Assembly (NCBI GenBank): GCA_049967475.1
Contig: JBMFSQ010000007.1
Span: 64,001 to 128,000 of the forward strand
Direction: 5' to 3'
Length of the DNA stretch: 64,000 nucleotides
From: Chthonomonadales bacterium
GTDB lineage: Bacteria > Armatimonadota > Chthonomonadetes > Chthonomonadales > CAJBBX01
In this document: one piece after another, positions 9,759 through 19,535 of the stretch
Numbering within the stretch: the stretch's first letter is position 1
Layout: the number at the start of each line of letters is the position of its first letter
Program-made: the position numbers and the translations under genes
Notes under the pieces: generated by a model
Databases searched by the model: none
Told to the model about the DNA's origin: nothing
What the model saw: the letters and a program-made list of their open reading frames with translations, nothing else

Positions 9759-10565
9759 ATGTTGAAACAGAGAAGAGCGTTCATCATTGGGGTGTCCAGA
9801 GCCGCAGGGGCGATTGCATTGATCGCTCTCCTTGCGGGTTGCAGCGGCGGCGGGGACACGGGTACCCAGCAGACGGCCTCATCCGGCGCAGCCGGTGGAA
9901 CTGGGGCAGGCGCCTCGACCGGCCCGATGATGGGCCCGACCATGGGGGGATCGGGTATGGGCATCCCTACCGGCCCCATGGGCGGCAGCATGATGGGTGG
10001 AATGGGCGGAATGATGGGCGGCGGGGGCGCCAACGGTGCAGCGCAGACAGCAGCCGTGCCTCCAAAGAATACGACGCCGCCGGCACATCGCGTGGATCCC
10101 TTTATGCCGTGGTGGGACACTACCCCGCCGCCGCCGCCGGTTCTTTCGGTGGTGGCGCCTGTGCGCGTAGCCATCACGGATTCGGCAGCAAAGCAGAACC
10201 AGCCCGGCATCGAAATCAAGGAGGTGCCGAACCGGCGGGTAGCGGGGATCCTCAGCGGCAATGGCGTGTATGCGCTGATTGATGGCCCGGAAGGCCAGAC
10301 CGTTGTGAAACCGGGAGATGTAATTGACGATTACCGCGTCGCCGCAATCAACCCTGATTCGGTGGTGCTTAAGAAGGAAGTGAAGGTGGGCTCGCTGAAG
10401 CAAACCTTCACTCAGGTCGTTCCCCTTACAGATGTGGGGACGAGCATGGGCGGCCAAACCAGAGGTCCCGTCTACGGAGGCCCGGGTGGCCCTGGAGCTC
10501 CCAGGGGCATCTTTCCGGGATTAGGTGGAGGCGGCAAATTCGGAGGTGGAGCTCGTGTGGAATGA
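9759..10565 (+). CDS. PilP-like lipoprotein with Gly/Met-rich linker
   Basis: Lipobox 'LLAGC', 'RVDPF' motif, 'VAGILSGNGVYALI...VVKPGDVIDDYRVAAINPDSVVL' PilP/GspC-HR-like beta domain. Confidence 0.75.
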   Translation: MLKQRRAFIIGVSRAAGAIALIALLAGCSGGGDTGTQQTASSGAAGGTGAGASTGPMMGPTMGGSGMGIPTGPMGGSMMGGMGGMMGGGGANGAAQTAAVPPKNTTPPAHRVDPFMPWWDTTPPPPPVLSVVAPVRVAITDSAAKQNQPGIEIKEVPNRRVAGILSGNGVYALIDGPEGQTVVKPGDVIDDYRVAAINPDSVVLKKEVKVGSLKQTFTQVVPLTDVGTSMGGQTRGPVYGGPGGPGAPRGIFPGLGGGGKFGGGARVE

Positions 10566-10671
10566 CGGCGGGTGGCACGGTATGCCGCCTGCCGAGGCCA
10601 GAGGATTCAGCCGGTTGAACCGCGAATTCTCATGTATGGGGGGCGTAAAGGGCCCCGGGAGGATCTTTGGA

Positions 10672-11421
<750 letters not shown>

Positions 11422-11600
11422 AACGCGTGGCCCGCGGCAGGGCCTCGAACGAACGTCGCGGGCACTGTAAAGACAACGACAATGCGCAGGGAACGGGGGT
11501 GCGCGTCAGCAGGAGTGCACCCGCCGGTCCCGCACGAAGTAAGGAACCACAGTCCTGCCTTTAGCGGGCAGGGGGTAGGGCTTTAAAGGAGGGCAATCGA

Positions 11601-13361
11601 ATGGGCTACCGCGGTTACACCGCCGGCCTGCTTGCTTCCATCGCAACGCTGGCGTTGTGCTGTGTGCTGATGGCGGCAGCGCCGGCGTGCAGGGCGCAGA
11701 ATAAGGCCGCCGGCCAGACGATCCTTGAGCGCGTGGACTTTATGGACGCGGATCTCCAACAGGCCGTGAACTCTCTCGTGAAGATGACGGGCATCGAAAT
11801 CGGTTTTGAGCCCGGAGATAAACCGTACAAGCGGATTACCCTCACACTGGAGAACCGGCCGCTGGATTTCGTGCTCAAGCGCATGTGCGAGCTTGCCGGG
11901 GCCTCGGTGCGTGAGGACAACGGCGTCTACATCATCGGCCCGAAGCAGGCCGAAGCGCCCAAGCCCGTTCAGGCAGAAGCCCCACCGCCAACGCCTGCGC
12001 CGCGGCTTCGCACCAGAGTGGAGAAGATCCGGTTGCAGAACAGCCGCCCTACCGAGATCCTTCGGTACTTCGGGGTGGACCAGAGCCCTCTCGGCGAAGA
12101 GGAGCAGGCGCGGTACGAGCGGTTTGCAAACAGCATCAACCCCTATCGCATCGCAGAGAAGCGCTTCGGTACGGAGCCGTCGCTCCAGAACCTGAGCCCG
12201 TCTACCATCCAGAACCTTAACACTCCCCAGGTTCCGCCTGTGGTGCCTACGACGAACCCGGTAGGCCCCGCACCTCAAGAGAACCGCAGTTCGGCTCCCG
12301 GCACAGAGCAAGGTCAGGGGTACGGAGGTGGTTTCGGAGGCATTGGCGGTATCGGCGGCGGCTTCGGCGGGCGCGGCGGCTTCGGAGGCGGCTTGGGCGG
12401 CTTCGGTGGCCAGGGTGGTTTCGGCGGCGGCCGGGGCGGCTTTGGAGGCTTCGGGGGGCAGGGCGGCATCGGTGGCGGCTTCGGCGGTCAAGGGGGCGGC
12501 TTTGCCCAATACCTTGTTCCGGAAGGCGTTCAGGCCATCATCGGCTATGACGTGGATAACTCCATCATCGTCGTAGGAACCGACGACGCCATCCGCGAGA
12601 TGAAGCAGCGCATCAATCTGCTTGATATCGCTCCCAAACAGGTGGAGATCCGGGCCGAGTTCGTGACCGTATCCGAGAATGATCTTCGGACCTTCGGCAT
12701 TGACTGGCAGATCCAGCGTGCGGACTTCCAAGCGGGTACAACAGGTTTCGCCGGCGGGCCGGTCTTCCTGAACTACGCTACGGGCAACGTGGTGGCAGCT
12801 TTGCGCACCACTCTGACGGAAGGCAAGGGCCGCATCATCAACTCGCCTATGGTGACGACGTTGAATAACGTGCCGGTGACCATTCAGATTGGCCGCGAGG
12901 TTCCCGTATTCGTTACCAGCCCCATCGCTGCCGGCAACGGTACCGTAGTGCTGCAGACCGCCCTCATACCTGTGGGCGTCTTCAGCGGTTTGACGGTGTG
13001 GCCGCGCATCAATGGGGATGACAGCATCTCCATGTATGTAGAGCCGTTCCTCCAAGACATCGTGGGAACGGTTACAGGGCCCGATGGTACGACGGCGCCC
13101 ATCATCACCACGCAAGACATCGCCGTGAACCGCCGCATTCGGAACGATGACACCATGGTGATCGGTGGGTTGATCTCGAAGAACGACACCACGTCCATCA
13201 ACAAGGTGCCCCTGTTTGCGGATTTGCCGCTGATTGGGCAGTTCTTTAAGTCCACCAGCGTGACTGTGAATGATGAGGAGTTGCTCATCTTCGTGACGCC
13301 GCATATTATCCGGGACACCCCGCCTGCAGGCCCCACAGTGAGCGGAGGCGTATCGCCGTAG
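11601..13361 (+). CDS. pilQ: Secretin (PilQ/GspD family) with Gly-Phe repeat insertion
   Basis: AAGGAGG RBS, signal peptide, N0 domain, 'DNSIIVVGT...LDIAPKQVEIRAEF', 'SPMVTTLNN', 'MVIGGLI...KVPLFADLPLIGQFF...ELLIFVTPHII'. Confidence 0.9.
   Translation: MGYRGYTAGLLASIATLALCCVLMAAAPACRAQNKAAGQTILERVDFMDADLQQAVNSLVKMTGIEIGFEPGDKPYKRITLTLENRPLDFVLKRMCELAGASVREDNGVYIIGPKQAEAPKPVQAEAPPPTPAPRLRTRVEKIRLQNSRPTEILRYFGVDQSPLGEEEQARYERFANSINPYRIAEKRFGTEPSLQNLSPSTIQNLNTPQVPPVVPTTNPVGPAPQENRSSAPGTEQGQGYGGGFGGIGGIGGGFGGRGGFGGGLGGFGGQGGFGGGRGGFGGFGGQGGIGGGFGGQGGGFAQYLVPEGVQAIIGYDVDNSIIVVGTDDAIREMKQRINLLDIAPKQVEIRAEFVTVSENDLRTFGIDWQIQRADFQAGTTGFAGGPVFLNYATGNVVAALRTTLTEGKGRIINSPMVTTLNNVPVTIQIGREVPVFVTSPIAAGNGTVVLQTALIPVGVFSGLTVWPRINGDDSISMYVEPFLQDIVGTVTGPDGTTAPIITTQDIAVNRRIRNDDTMVIGGLISKNDTTSINKVPLFADLPLIGQFFKSTSVTVNDEELLIFVTPHIIRDTPPAGPTVSGGVSP
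12320..12503 (+). repeat. Gly-Phe repeat tract inside the secretin
   Basis: GGGFGG/GGFGGQ repeats; 8 FG dipeptides. Confidence 0.9.
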
Positions 13362-13383
13362 TTTGGAGATCAGGCTGTCAGTG

Positions 13384-13419
13384 GGGGAGCGGCGGCCAGG
13401 TGCTACCGCTCCCCTTTTT
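13384..13419 (+). terminator. Rho-independent terminator after the secretin
   Basis: GGGGAGCGG...CCGCTCCCC stem followed by TTTTT. Confidence 0.85.
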
Positions 13420-13466
13420 GTGTTCCCATCTGTAGCGGAGGCAGCGGCTAAGGAGGTGTCGGACCA

Positions 13467-14639
13467 GTGCTACGCTTTATGACCGGCGGAGAATCGCACG
13501 GACCTGCGCTTTCGGCGATTGTGGAGGGTCTCCCGGCAGGGCTTACGGTGGATTTCGATGAGATCAACCGGCAGTTGCGGCGCAGGCAGGGAGGCTATGG
13601 CCGGGGCGCCCGCCAGCAGATCGAGAAGGATCGCGTGGAGATCGTGAGCGGCGTGCGTTTAGGGCGAACGCTTGGCAGCCCCATTACTCTGCTGGTGCGC
13701 AATCGCGACTTTGAAAATTGGCTGGACCGCATGAGTGTCGAGCCAAGGGAAGGCGAACCGCCGCCGGTGGTGGAAGCGCGGCCAGGCCATGCCGATTTCG
13801 CCGGGATGCTCAAGTACGCTACGAACGATCTCCGGAACATTTTGGAGCGCTCCAGTGCGCGGAACACGGTGTCGCTGGTGGCGGTTGGGGCCCTTTGCCG
13901 CGGCCTGCTGAGGGAATGCTCGATCCGCATCATGAGCCACGTCACCTGCCTCGGCGGCATTCAGGTTGAGCTTCCGGAACCTGTGGATTACGCCGCCCTC
14001 GAGCGGGCCGCCGAGGCGTCGCCCGTGCGTGTAGCCGATGCTGCTGCGGAGAAGCGCATCCTCGCTGCCATAGATGAAGCGGGCGCTCGGGGAGACACCT
14101 TGGGAGGCGTCTTTGAGGTGGTGGCCCTGGGATGTCCGCCGGGTTTGGGCAGCCACGCGAGTTGGGATCGAAGGCTGGACGGACGGCTCGCCGGCGCCTT
14201 GATGGGCATCCAGGCTATTAAGGGCGTGGAGATCGGTATGGGCTTCGGCGTAGCCTGGCGCCCGGGTTCCCAAGTTCATGATGAAATCTTTCCTACCGGC
14301 GGCCACGGCTTCATGCGGCGCACCAACAATGCAGGAGGCTTGGAGGGAGGAATGACCAACGGCGAGCCTGTAGTAGTGCGCGCCGCCATGAAGCCGTTAT
14401 CAACCCTGAAGAAGCCCTTGCGGTCCGTCAATATGCAGACAGGTGAGGCGGTCCAAGCCCATTTCGAGCGTTCGGACGTATGCGCAGTTCCAGCCGCAGC
14501 CGTAATCGGTGAGGCGATGGTGGCCATCGTTCTCGCCGAGGCCGTGCTCGAGAAGTTTGGCGGAGACAGCATGGAGGAGCTTTTGCGGAACCTTTCGGGA
14601 TACCGTGAGGCTGTGGGGAGGCGCGGATACCGGCCATGA
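13467..14639 (+). CDS. aroC: Chorismate synthase
   Basis: 'GESHG', 'RRRQGGYGRG', 'RPGHAD', 'ERSSAR', 'ERSDVCAVP'. Confidence 0.97.
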   Translation: MLRFMTGGESHGPALSAIVEGLPAGLTVDFDEINRQLRRRQGGYGRGARQQIEKDRVEIVSGVRLGRTLGSPITLLVRNRDFENWLDRMSVEPREGEPPPVVEARPGHADFAGMLKYATNDLRNILERSSARNTVSLVAVGALCRGLLRECSIRIMSHVTCLGGIQVELPEPVDYAALERAAEASPVRVADAAAEKRILAAIDEAGARGDTLGGVFEVVALGCPPGLGSHASWDRRLDGRLAGALMGIQAIKGVEIGMGFGVAWRPGSQVHDEIFPTGGHGFMRRTNNAGGLEGGMTNGEPVVVRAAMKPLSTLKKPLRSVNMQTGEAVQAHFERSDVCAVPAAAVIGEAMVAIVLAEAVLEKFGGDSMEELLRNLSGYREAVGRRGYRP

Positions 14640-15253
14640 GGCAGGCCGATCCCATAGGCAAGGTACTGCCGGATGCGCCGCAAGGTCCGGGCCGCAGCGA
14701 CCCTCCCAACCTGGTGTTGATCGGCTTCATGGCAACGGGGAAGTCTTCCATCGGGCGCCGGTGCGCGCGGGTATTGGGCTTCCGCTTCTACGACAGCGAT
14801 CAGGAAGTGGTGCGCATGGCGGGCAAGCCCATTCCCGAGATCTTTGCGGAGGAGGGAGAGGCTGCATTCCGATCGCTGGAAGCTGCGGCAATCCGCAGGC
14901 TGGCGTGCCTTCGGCGCATCGTGCTGGCCACGGGCGGCGGCGCCGCCTTGAACGCGGTCAACGTGGCGCGTATGCGCCGGAGAGGGGTAGTGGTGCTGCT
15001 CCAAGCCGACCCTCAGGAGATTTTGCGGCGCGCGCGCCATGGAGCGGGCAGGCCTCTGCTGGAAGGGGCAGCGGATCCCCTGGAGCGCATTTGTGAGCTA
15101 CTACACCGCCGGCGGGACGCCTATACCGCAGCGGCCCACGCTGTTGTGGACACCACCGGACTGGATTTGGCCGGCGCCGTGGAGCGCGTGCTGGATGCCT
15201 ATCGAGCGTGCGGCGGCGTGGCTGTGGGGGAACCGGGAGAGCAAACGCAATGA
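14636..15253 (+). CDS. aroK: Shikimate kinase
   Basis: 'LIGFMATGKS', 'GEAAFRSLE', 'ATGGG', 'RPLL'; ATGA overlap with aroC. Confidence 0.95.
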   Translation: MRQADPIGKVLPDAPQGPGRSDPPNLVLIGFMATGKSSIGRRCARVLGFRFYDSDQEVVRMAGKPIPEIFAEEGEAAFRSLEAAAIRRLACLRRIVLATGGGAALNAVNVARMRRRGVVVLLQADPQEILRRARHGAGRPLLEGAADPLERICELLHRRRDAYTAAAHAVVDTTGLDLAGAVERVLDAYRACGGVAVGEPGEQTQ

Positions 15254-16338
15254 AGCGCGTTCGCGTTCGATTGGCGGCGCGGAGCTACGATATCCGGATT
15301 GGGCCGGGCATCCTCCGCCACATTGCCGCCGATGTTTTGGAGGAGCTTCGACCATCGAGTGTGGTTCTCATCAGCCACCCAAAATTGGCGGACTGGTATG
15401 CCCGGCCCATTGCGGAAGGCTTTGGGACCCACGGCGTGCGCACCTGCAATGTGACCGTGCCGCCCGGCGAACGACACAAGAACCTGCGGACGGTGGCCAG
15501 GCTCTATAAAGCCCTTGTGCAAGCAGGAGCGGATCGGCAGACCCTCCTCGTTGTAGTGGGCGGCGGTGTCTTGGGCGACGTAGGCGGGTTTGTAGCGGCT
15601 ACCTATATGCGATCCATTCCCTTCATCCAGGTACCCACGACCCTTCTGGCGCAGGTGGATGCGTCTATAGGCGGAAAGACGGGCGTGGATCTGGAGGAGG
15701 GGAAGAACCTGATCGGCGCTTTTTACCAGCCGCTGGGGGTGTATGCGGACACGGACACCCTGGCCACCCTGCCTGCGCGCGAGCTCAGATGCGGCCTTGC
15801 CGAGGTGGTTAAGTATGGTATAATCAGCGACGAACGCTTATTGGCATTTGTGGAGGCGCACGCCGGGCGGTTGCTTCGGCGCGATACATCGGCTTTGGCG
15901 CATGTGGTGCAGCGTTCGTGCGCCATCAAGGCCCGCATCGTAGCCGCAGATGAGACCGAACGCGGTCCGCGCGCCGTGCTGAATTTCGGGCACACGGTGG
16001 GGCATGCGCTAGAAGCGTGTACAGGGTACCGCCGGTACAGGCATGGGGAAGCAGTGGCCGCCGGAATGGTAGCGGCCGCGCGCGTGGGTGAACTGTTGGG
16101 AATTGGCCCTGCCGGCATCCGGGAACGCATTGTGCGCGTGCTTCAGTCCCTCCGGCTGCCTACATCGCTTCCGGCAAATGTTGCAGCAGAGGACCTGTTG
16201 GCGGCCATGGCGCGGGACAAGAAGGCTGTAGGCGGGAAGTTGCGCATGGTGCTTCCCCGCGGAATCGGGGATGTAGTGATTGTGGACGGCGTGGATCCTG
16301 GCTGCGTGCGCAGGGCTTTGGCGGAGCTTCAGGAATGA
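15250..16338 (+). CDS. aroB: 3-dehydroquinate synthase
   Basis: 'GGGVLGDVGGF', 'PTTLLAQVDASIGGKTG', 'LNFGHT', 'HGEAV'. Confidence 0.97.
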   Translation: MKRVRVRLAARSYDIRIGPGILRHIAADVLEELRPSSVVLISHPKLADWYARPIAEGFGTHGVRTCNVTVPPGERHKNLRTVARLYKALVQAGADRQTLLVVVGGGVLGDVGGFVAATYMRSIPFIQVPTTLLAQVDASIGGKTGVDLEEGKNLIGAFYQPLGVYADTDTLATLPARELRCGLAEVVKYGIISDERLLAFVEAHAGRLLRRDTSALAHVVQRSCAIKARIVAADETERGPRAVLNFGHTVGHALEACTGYRRYRHGEAVAAGMVAAARVGELLGIGPAGIRERIVRVLQSLRLPTSLPANVAAEDLLAAMARDKKAVGGKLRMVLPRGIGDVVIVDGVDPGCVRRALAELQE

Positions 16339-16595
16339 GCCAGGGCGGCAACGTGGCCGGCTCGTGTGGACCTGCAGGCGGCGCGGCGCAATGCGCTGCT
16401 GATGCGCTGCGTATGGGGCTCGCATCGCTCTGGTTGGTGCTTCCAGCCATACAATACGCCGGTACTTTGGTGCGCGCCGGGCTGTTGGGGCAGCCGTCGC
16501 TTTCCCGGTTGGCAGACCTGGACCTCACTCCCTGGTATTCGGCACTGCTGGCAGCTACCCTGCTCTTTGCACTGCTGGATCGCCGCGGCCGCTGA
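16335..16595 (+). CDS. Small membrane protein, unknown function
   Basis: ATGA-coupled to aroB; two hydrophobic segments. Confidence 0.5.
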   Translation: MSQGGNVAGSCGPAGGAAQCAADALRMGLASLWLVLPAIQYAGTLVRAGLLGQPSLSRLADLDLTPWYSALLAATLLFALLDRRGR

Positions 16596-16634
16596 CACCC
16601 ACTCTTCATGGCGCGGTTACAGGAGCGGCAAGGA

Positions 16635-18491
16635 TTGATCAGTCGTCCGATCAATATGCGGTACGAAGTCCTGGAGCGTGTTGGGGAGGGCGCCTTTTTC
16701 CAGGTGTACAAGGCGCGCGACCGGACGACGGGCCGCGTTGTTGCGGTAAAGACCCTCCAACCTGCCTTCATTGCGGACCAGGCGTTTCGCAGCGCGCTTG
16801 TGGAGGCGGCAAAGAGCGTCCGCATCCTCGATCATGCCCAGATCGCGCGCGTGCTGGAGGTGGGTGAGGAGCGGGGAGCGCCCTACGTCGTAGTCGAGTT
16901 CGTGCGGGGCATCAACCTCAAACAGCGCATTGCCCGCATCGCCCCCTTTACGCTTTCCGTTGCGGTGGACTTCGCCATTGCCATCGGTGAGGCGCTCCAA
17001 TACGCTCATGGACTGGGCATGGTTCATGGCGATCTGCGTCCCGAAAATGTCATCGTCAGCCCGGAGGGCGCTGTGAAGGTGACGGATTTCGGCATGGCGG
17101 CGGCGATGGCAGCCTCGCCTGCAGCCTTTGCCGTGAACCTTCCACGGGCGGCTCCCTACCGGCCTCCGGAAGCGGTTGATGGAACCCCGCCGAGCCTATC
17201 GGGTGATCTCTACGCCTTGGGAGTGATCCTCTTTGAGATGATCACCGGGGCGTTGCCCTATGCAGGGGACACTCCCCAGGCGATTGCGGCGAGCGCAGCC
17301 CGGGATGTCGTTCCGTCGCCCCGGGCGCTCAACCCCGGTGTGCCGCGCTCCGTCGAGGGGATTGCCATGAAGGCCTTGCAGAAGCGGCCCGAAGATCGCT
17401 ACATCCATGCAGCGGACTTCCTGAGCGACCTCAAGTCCGTTCGGGATGCTTTGCGGTTCGGCCGATCCCTCTCGTGGTCGCCATCAGGCGTGTCGGCGCC
17501 GCAAAGCGGCCCGGCGCCCCAAGCGCCGCAGGCGGAATCCGCCAAGTTGCAACCCACCCAGGCACCGCGCCGCAGCGCAACAGGAGTATCAGCCATGGCC
17601 GGAAGCTCGGCACGGGATGAAGGTGTGTCTCCGCTGCTCAAGATCGCACTAGCCACCGTGGTCGTCATCATCATCACGGCAGTGGTTGCCGGTGTCGCCG
17701 CGTGGATGGCGATCATGACGAAGCCTCCAGAGCAGCGGGTTCCTAATTTGGTGGGCAAGAGGATCGAAGAGGTGCGCGCAATCGCCGAAAAGGCCAACGT
17801 GCGCCTTTTGGAACACGAAGAGTACAACGACCAATACGACCCCGGCGTGGTATTCAAAGCCGATTGGGCTCCCGGCCGGCCCATTGCGCCTGGGCGCACC
17901 ATCCCGGTATGGGTGAGCAAGGGATCGCGCATGGTGTGGGTCCCCAGCGTTCTTGGCAAGACGCCTCAGGATGCCGAGGACACCTTGAAGGCCCAGGGGC
18001 TCACTCTGGGGGAAGTAGACCGCCAATACAGTGACACGTTCCCCTTTGGGGAGGTCATGGCGCAGAACCCAAGGGCCGGCAAACGGGTTCCGCGGGATCA
18101 GCCGGTGAACCTTACCATCAGCGACGGCCCCAAGCCCCAGGCTGAGACGCCTCCGTCGGACACGGGTTCACCGAATGAGGCGGCGCCCAGTACCCCGCCC
18201 TCTGAAGCCGCCCCTGGCGGGGAGGGGATTGGCGCGGGCAACCAGGTGAGCATTCAGCGCATCCGGGTGACGGTTCCTAGGGACGGCCACGGTTCGCGCA
18301 GGGTGCGCGTGGAATACGATGACGCCAACGGAACCCACACACCCATTGATGAGCTCCACAATGAGGGCGATGTGGTATCCAAACGTGTGGAGGTGGCAGG
18401 ACCCACGATGACGGTGCGCGTTTACTATAATGATGATGTGAACCCTGCTGTAGAGCAGACGGTGCCGGTATCGCCGGGGGCGCAGCGATGA
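16635..18491 (+). CDS. PknB/PrkC-like Ser/Thr kinase, TM helix, 2 PASTA domains (atypical catalytic loop)
   Basis: AGGAG then TTG start; 'VAVK', 'HGDLRPEN', 'DFG', TM helix, 'VPNLVG' and 'VPSVLG' PASTA repeats. Confidence 0.9.
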   Translation: MISRPINMRYEVLERVGEGAFFQVYKARDRTTGRVVAVKTLQPAFIADQAFRSALVEAAKSVRILDHAQIARVLEVGEERGAPYVVVEFVRGINLKQRIARIAPFTLSVAVDFAIAIGEALQYAHGLGMVHGDLRPENVIVSPEGAVKVTDFGMAAAMAASPAAFAVNLPRAAPYRPPEAVDGTPPSLSGDLYALGVILFEMITGALPYAGDTPQAIAASAARDVVPSPRALNPGVPRSVEGIAMKALQKRPEDRYIHAADFLSDLKSVRDALRFGRSLSWSPSGVSAPQSGPAPQAPQAESAKLQPTQAPRRSATGVSAMAGSSARDEGVSPLLKIALATVVVIIITAVVAGVAAWMAIMTKPPEQRVPNLVGKRIEEVRAIAEKANVRLLEHEEYNDQYDPGVVFKADWAPGRPIAPGRTIPVWVSKGSRMVWVPSVLGKTPQDAEDTLKAQGLTLGEVDRQYSDTFPFGEVMAQNPRAGKRVPRDQPVNLTISDGPKPQAETPPSDTGSPNEAAPSTPPSEAAPGGEGIGAGNQVSIQRIRVTVPRDGHGSRRVRVEYDDANGTHTPIDELHNEGDVVSKRVEVAGPTMTVRVYYNDDVNPAVEQTVPVSPGAQR

Positions 18492-19168
18492 ACGTACGCA
18501 TCGCGCCTTCGCTGCTCTCTGCAGATTTTGGGGCGTTGGCCGAGGCAGCCCGCGTGTGCCACGATGCCGGTGCCGAGAGCCTCCACTTCGACGTGATGGA
18601 CGGCCAATTCGTTCCCAACCTCACGTTCGGTGCCCAGGTTCTGGCTGCATTGCGGTCTGCGTCTCCTGCGCGCTTCGAGGCCCATTTGATGGTGGTTCAG
18701 CCGGAGCGCTTCATCGAAGCCTTTGTTGAAGCCGGGGCAGATGTGGTGACCGTCCAGGCAGAGGCATGCATCCATCTGCAGCGAATTCTGGCGCAGATAC
18801 GGCAGGCGGGCGCTGCCGCAGGCGTAGCATTGAACCCTGCCACACCCCTGGATGTACTGGACTACCTATTGGACGATGTGGATCTCGTTCTGGTCATGAC
18901 GGTGAACCCGGGTTTCGGCGGGCAGACTTTTTTGCCTGCCATGATGCGCAAGATCGAGCAGGCACGGCAGCTCCTGGATGCGTCCGGGAGGTGCATCGAG
19001 CTGGAAGTGGATGGAGGCGTGGAACCCGGCAATGCGGCCAGGGTAGTACGGGCGGGCGCCCACACATTGGTCGCGGGAACGAGCGTTTTCGGCCATCCCG
19101 GCGGGGCAGCGGCGGGCATTAGGGCCCTGCGCGAAGCGGCTGTGGGGGAAGGGATGAATGGCGCCTGA
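18488..19168 (+). CDS. rpe: Ribulose-phosphate 3-epimerase
   Basis: 'IAPSLLSADF', 'HFDVMDGQFVPN', 'MTVNPGFGGQ', 'EVDGG'. Confidence 0.97.
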   Translation: MNVRIAPSLLSADFGALAEAARVCHDAGAESLHFDVMDGQFVPNLTFGAQVLAALRSASPARFEAHLMVVQPERFIEAFVEAGADVVTVQAEACIHLQRILAQIRQAGAAAGVALNPATPLDVLDYLLDDVDLVLVMTVNPGFGGQTFLPAMMRKIEQARQLLDASGRCIELEVDGGVEPGNAARVVRAGAHTLVAGTSVFGHPGGAAAGIRALREAAVGEGMNGA

Positions 19169-19535
19169 TGCGCTGCCTCCCCAGGTTCGTTTCCGCCTGA
19201 CGCCCCGTCAGCGGCGGCTGAGGTGGATTTCTGCGATCATCCTCGTGGTAGTGGCAGGTATGATCGTGTTCGGTGCCACAAGCCCTCTCTTTCACCCGAT
19301 CCATCCGGCCGTTCTCACTCCCCTGGTCCGCCGGCAGATCAAGGTGCGCATACTGTTCGTAGGCTTCTACTGGATTGTTTGCTCTCTGCTGGCGTCTTTG
19401 CTGTTCCTCTTGGCGTGGCTCGATATCCGGGAAGTCCAGCGGACGCTCTATGCAGCCAGAAAGGAAGTATGGCAGGATGCAGCGCGGCAGGCTCGGGAGC
19501 GCCTAGGGAGGCGGCGCGGCGATGGCCAAGGTTAG
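19158..19535 (+). CDS. Two-TM membrane protein, unknown function
   Basis: Overlaps rpe and ribD in an operon-like arrangement; two hydrophobic helices. Confidence 0.7.
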   Translation: MAPDALPPQVRFRLTPRQRRLRWISAIILVVVAGMIVFGATSPLFHPIHPAVLTPLVRRQIKVRILFVGFYWIVCSLLASLLFLLAWLDIREVQRTLYAARKEVWQDAARQARERLGRRRGDGQG

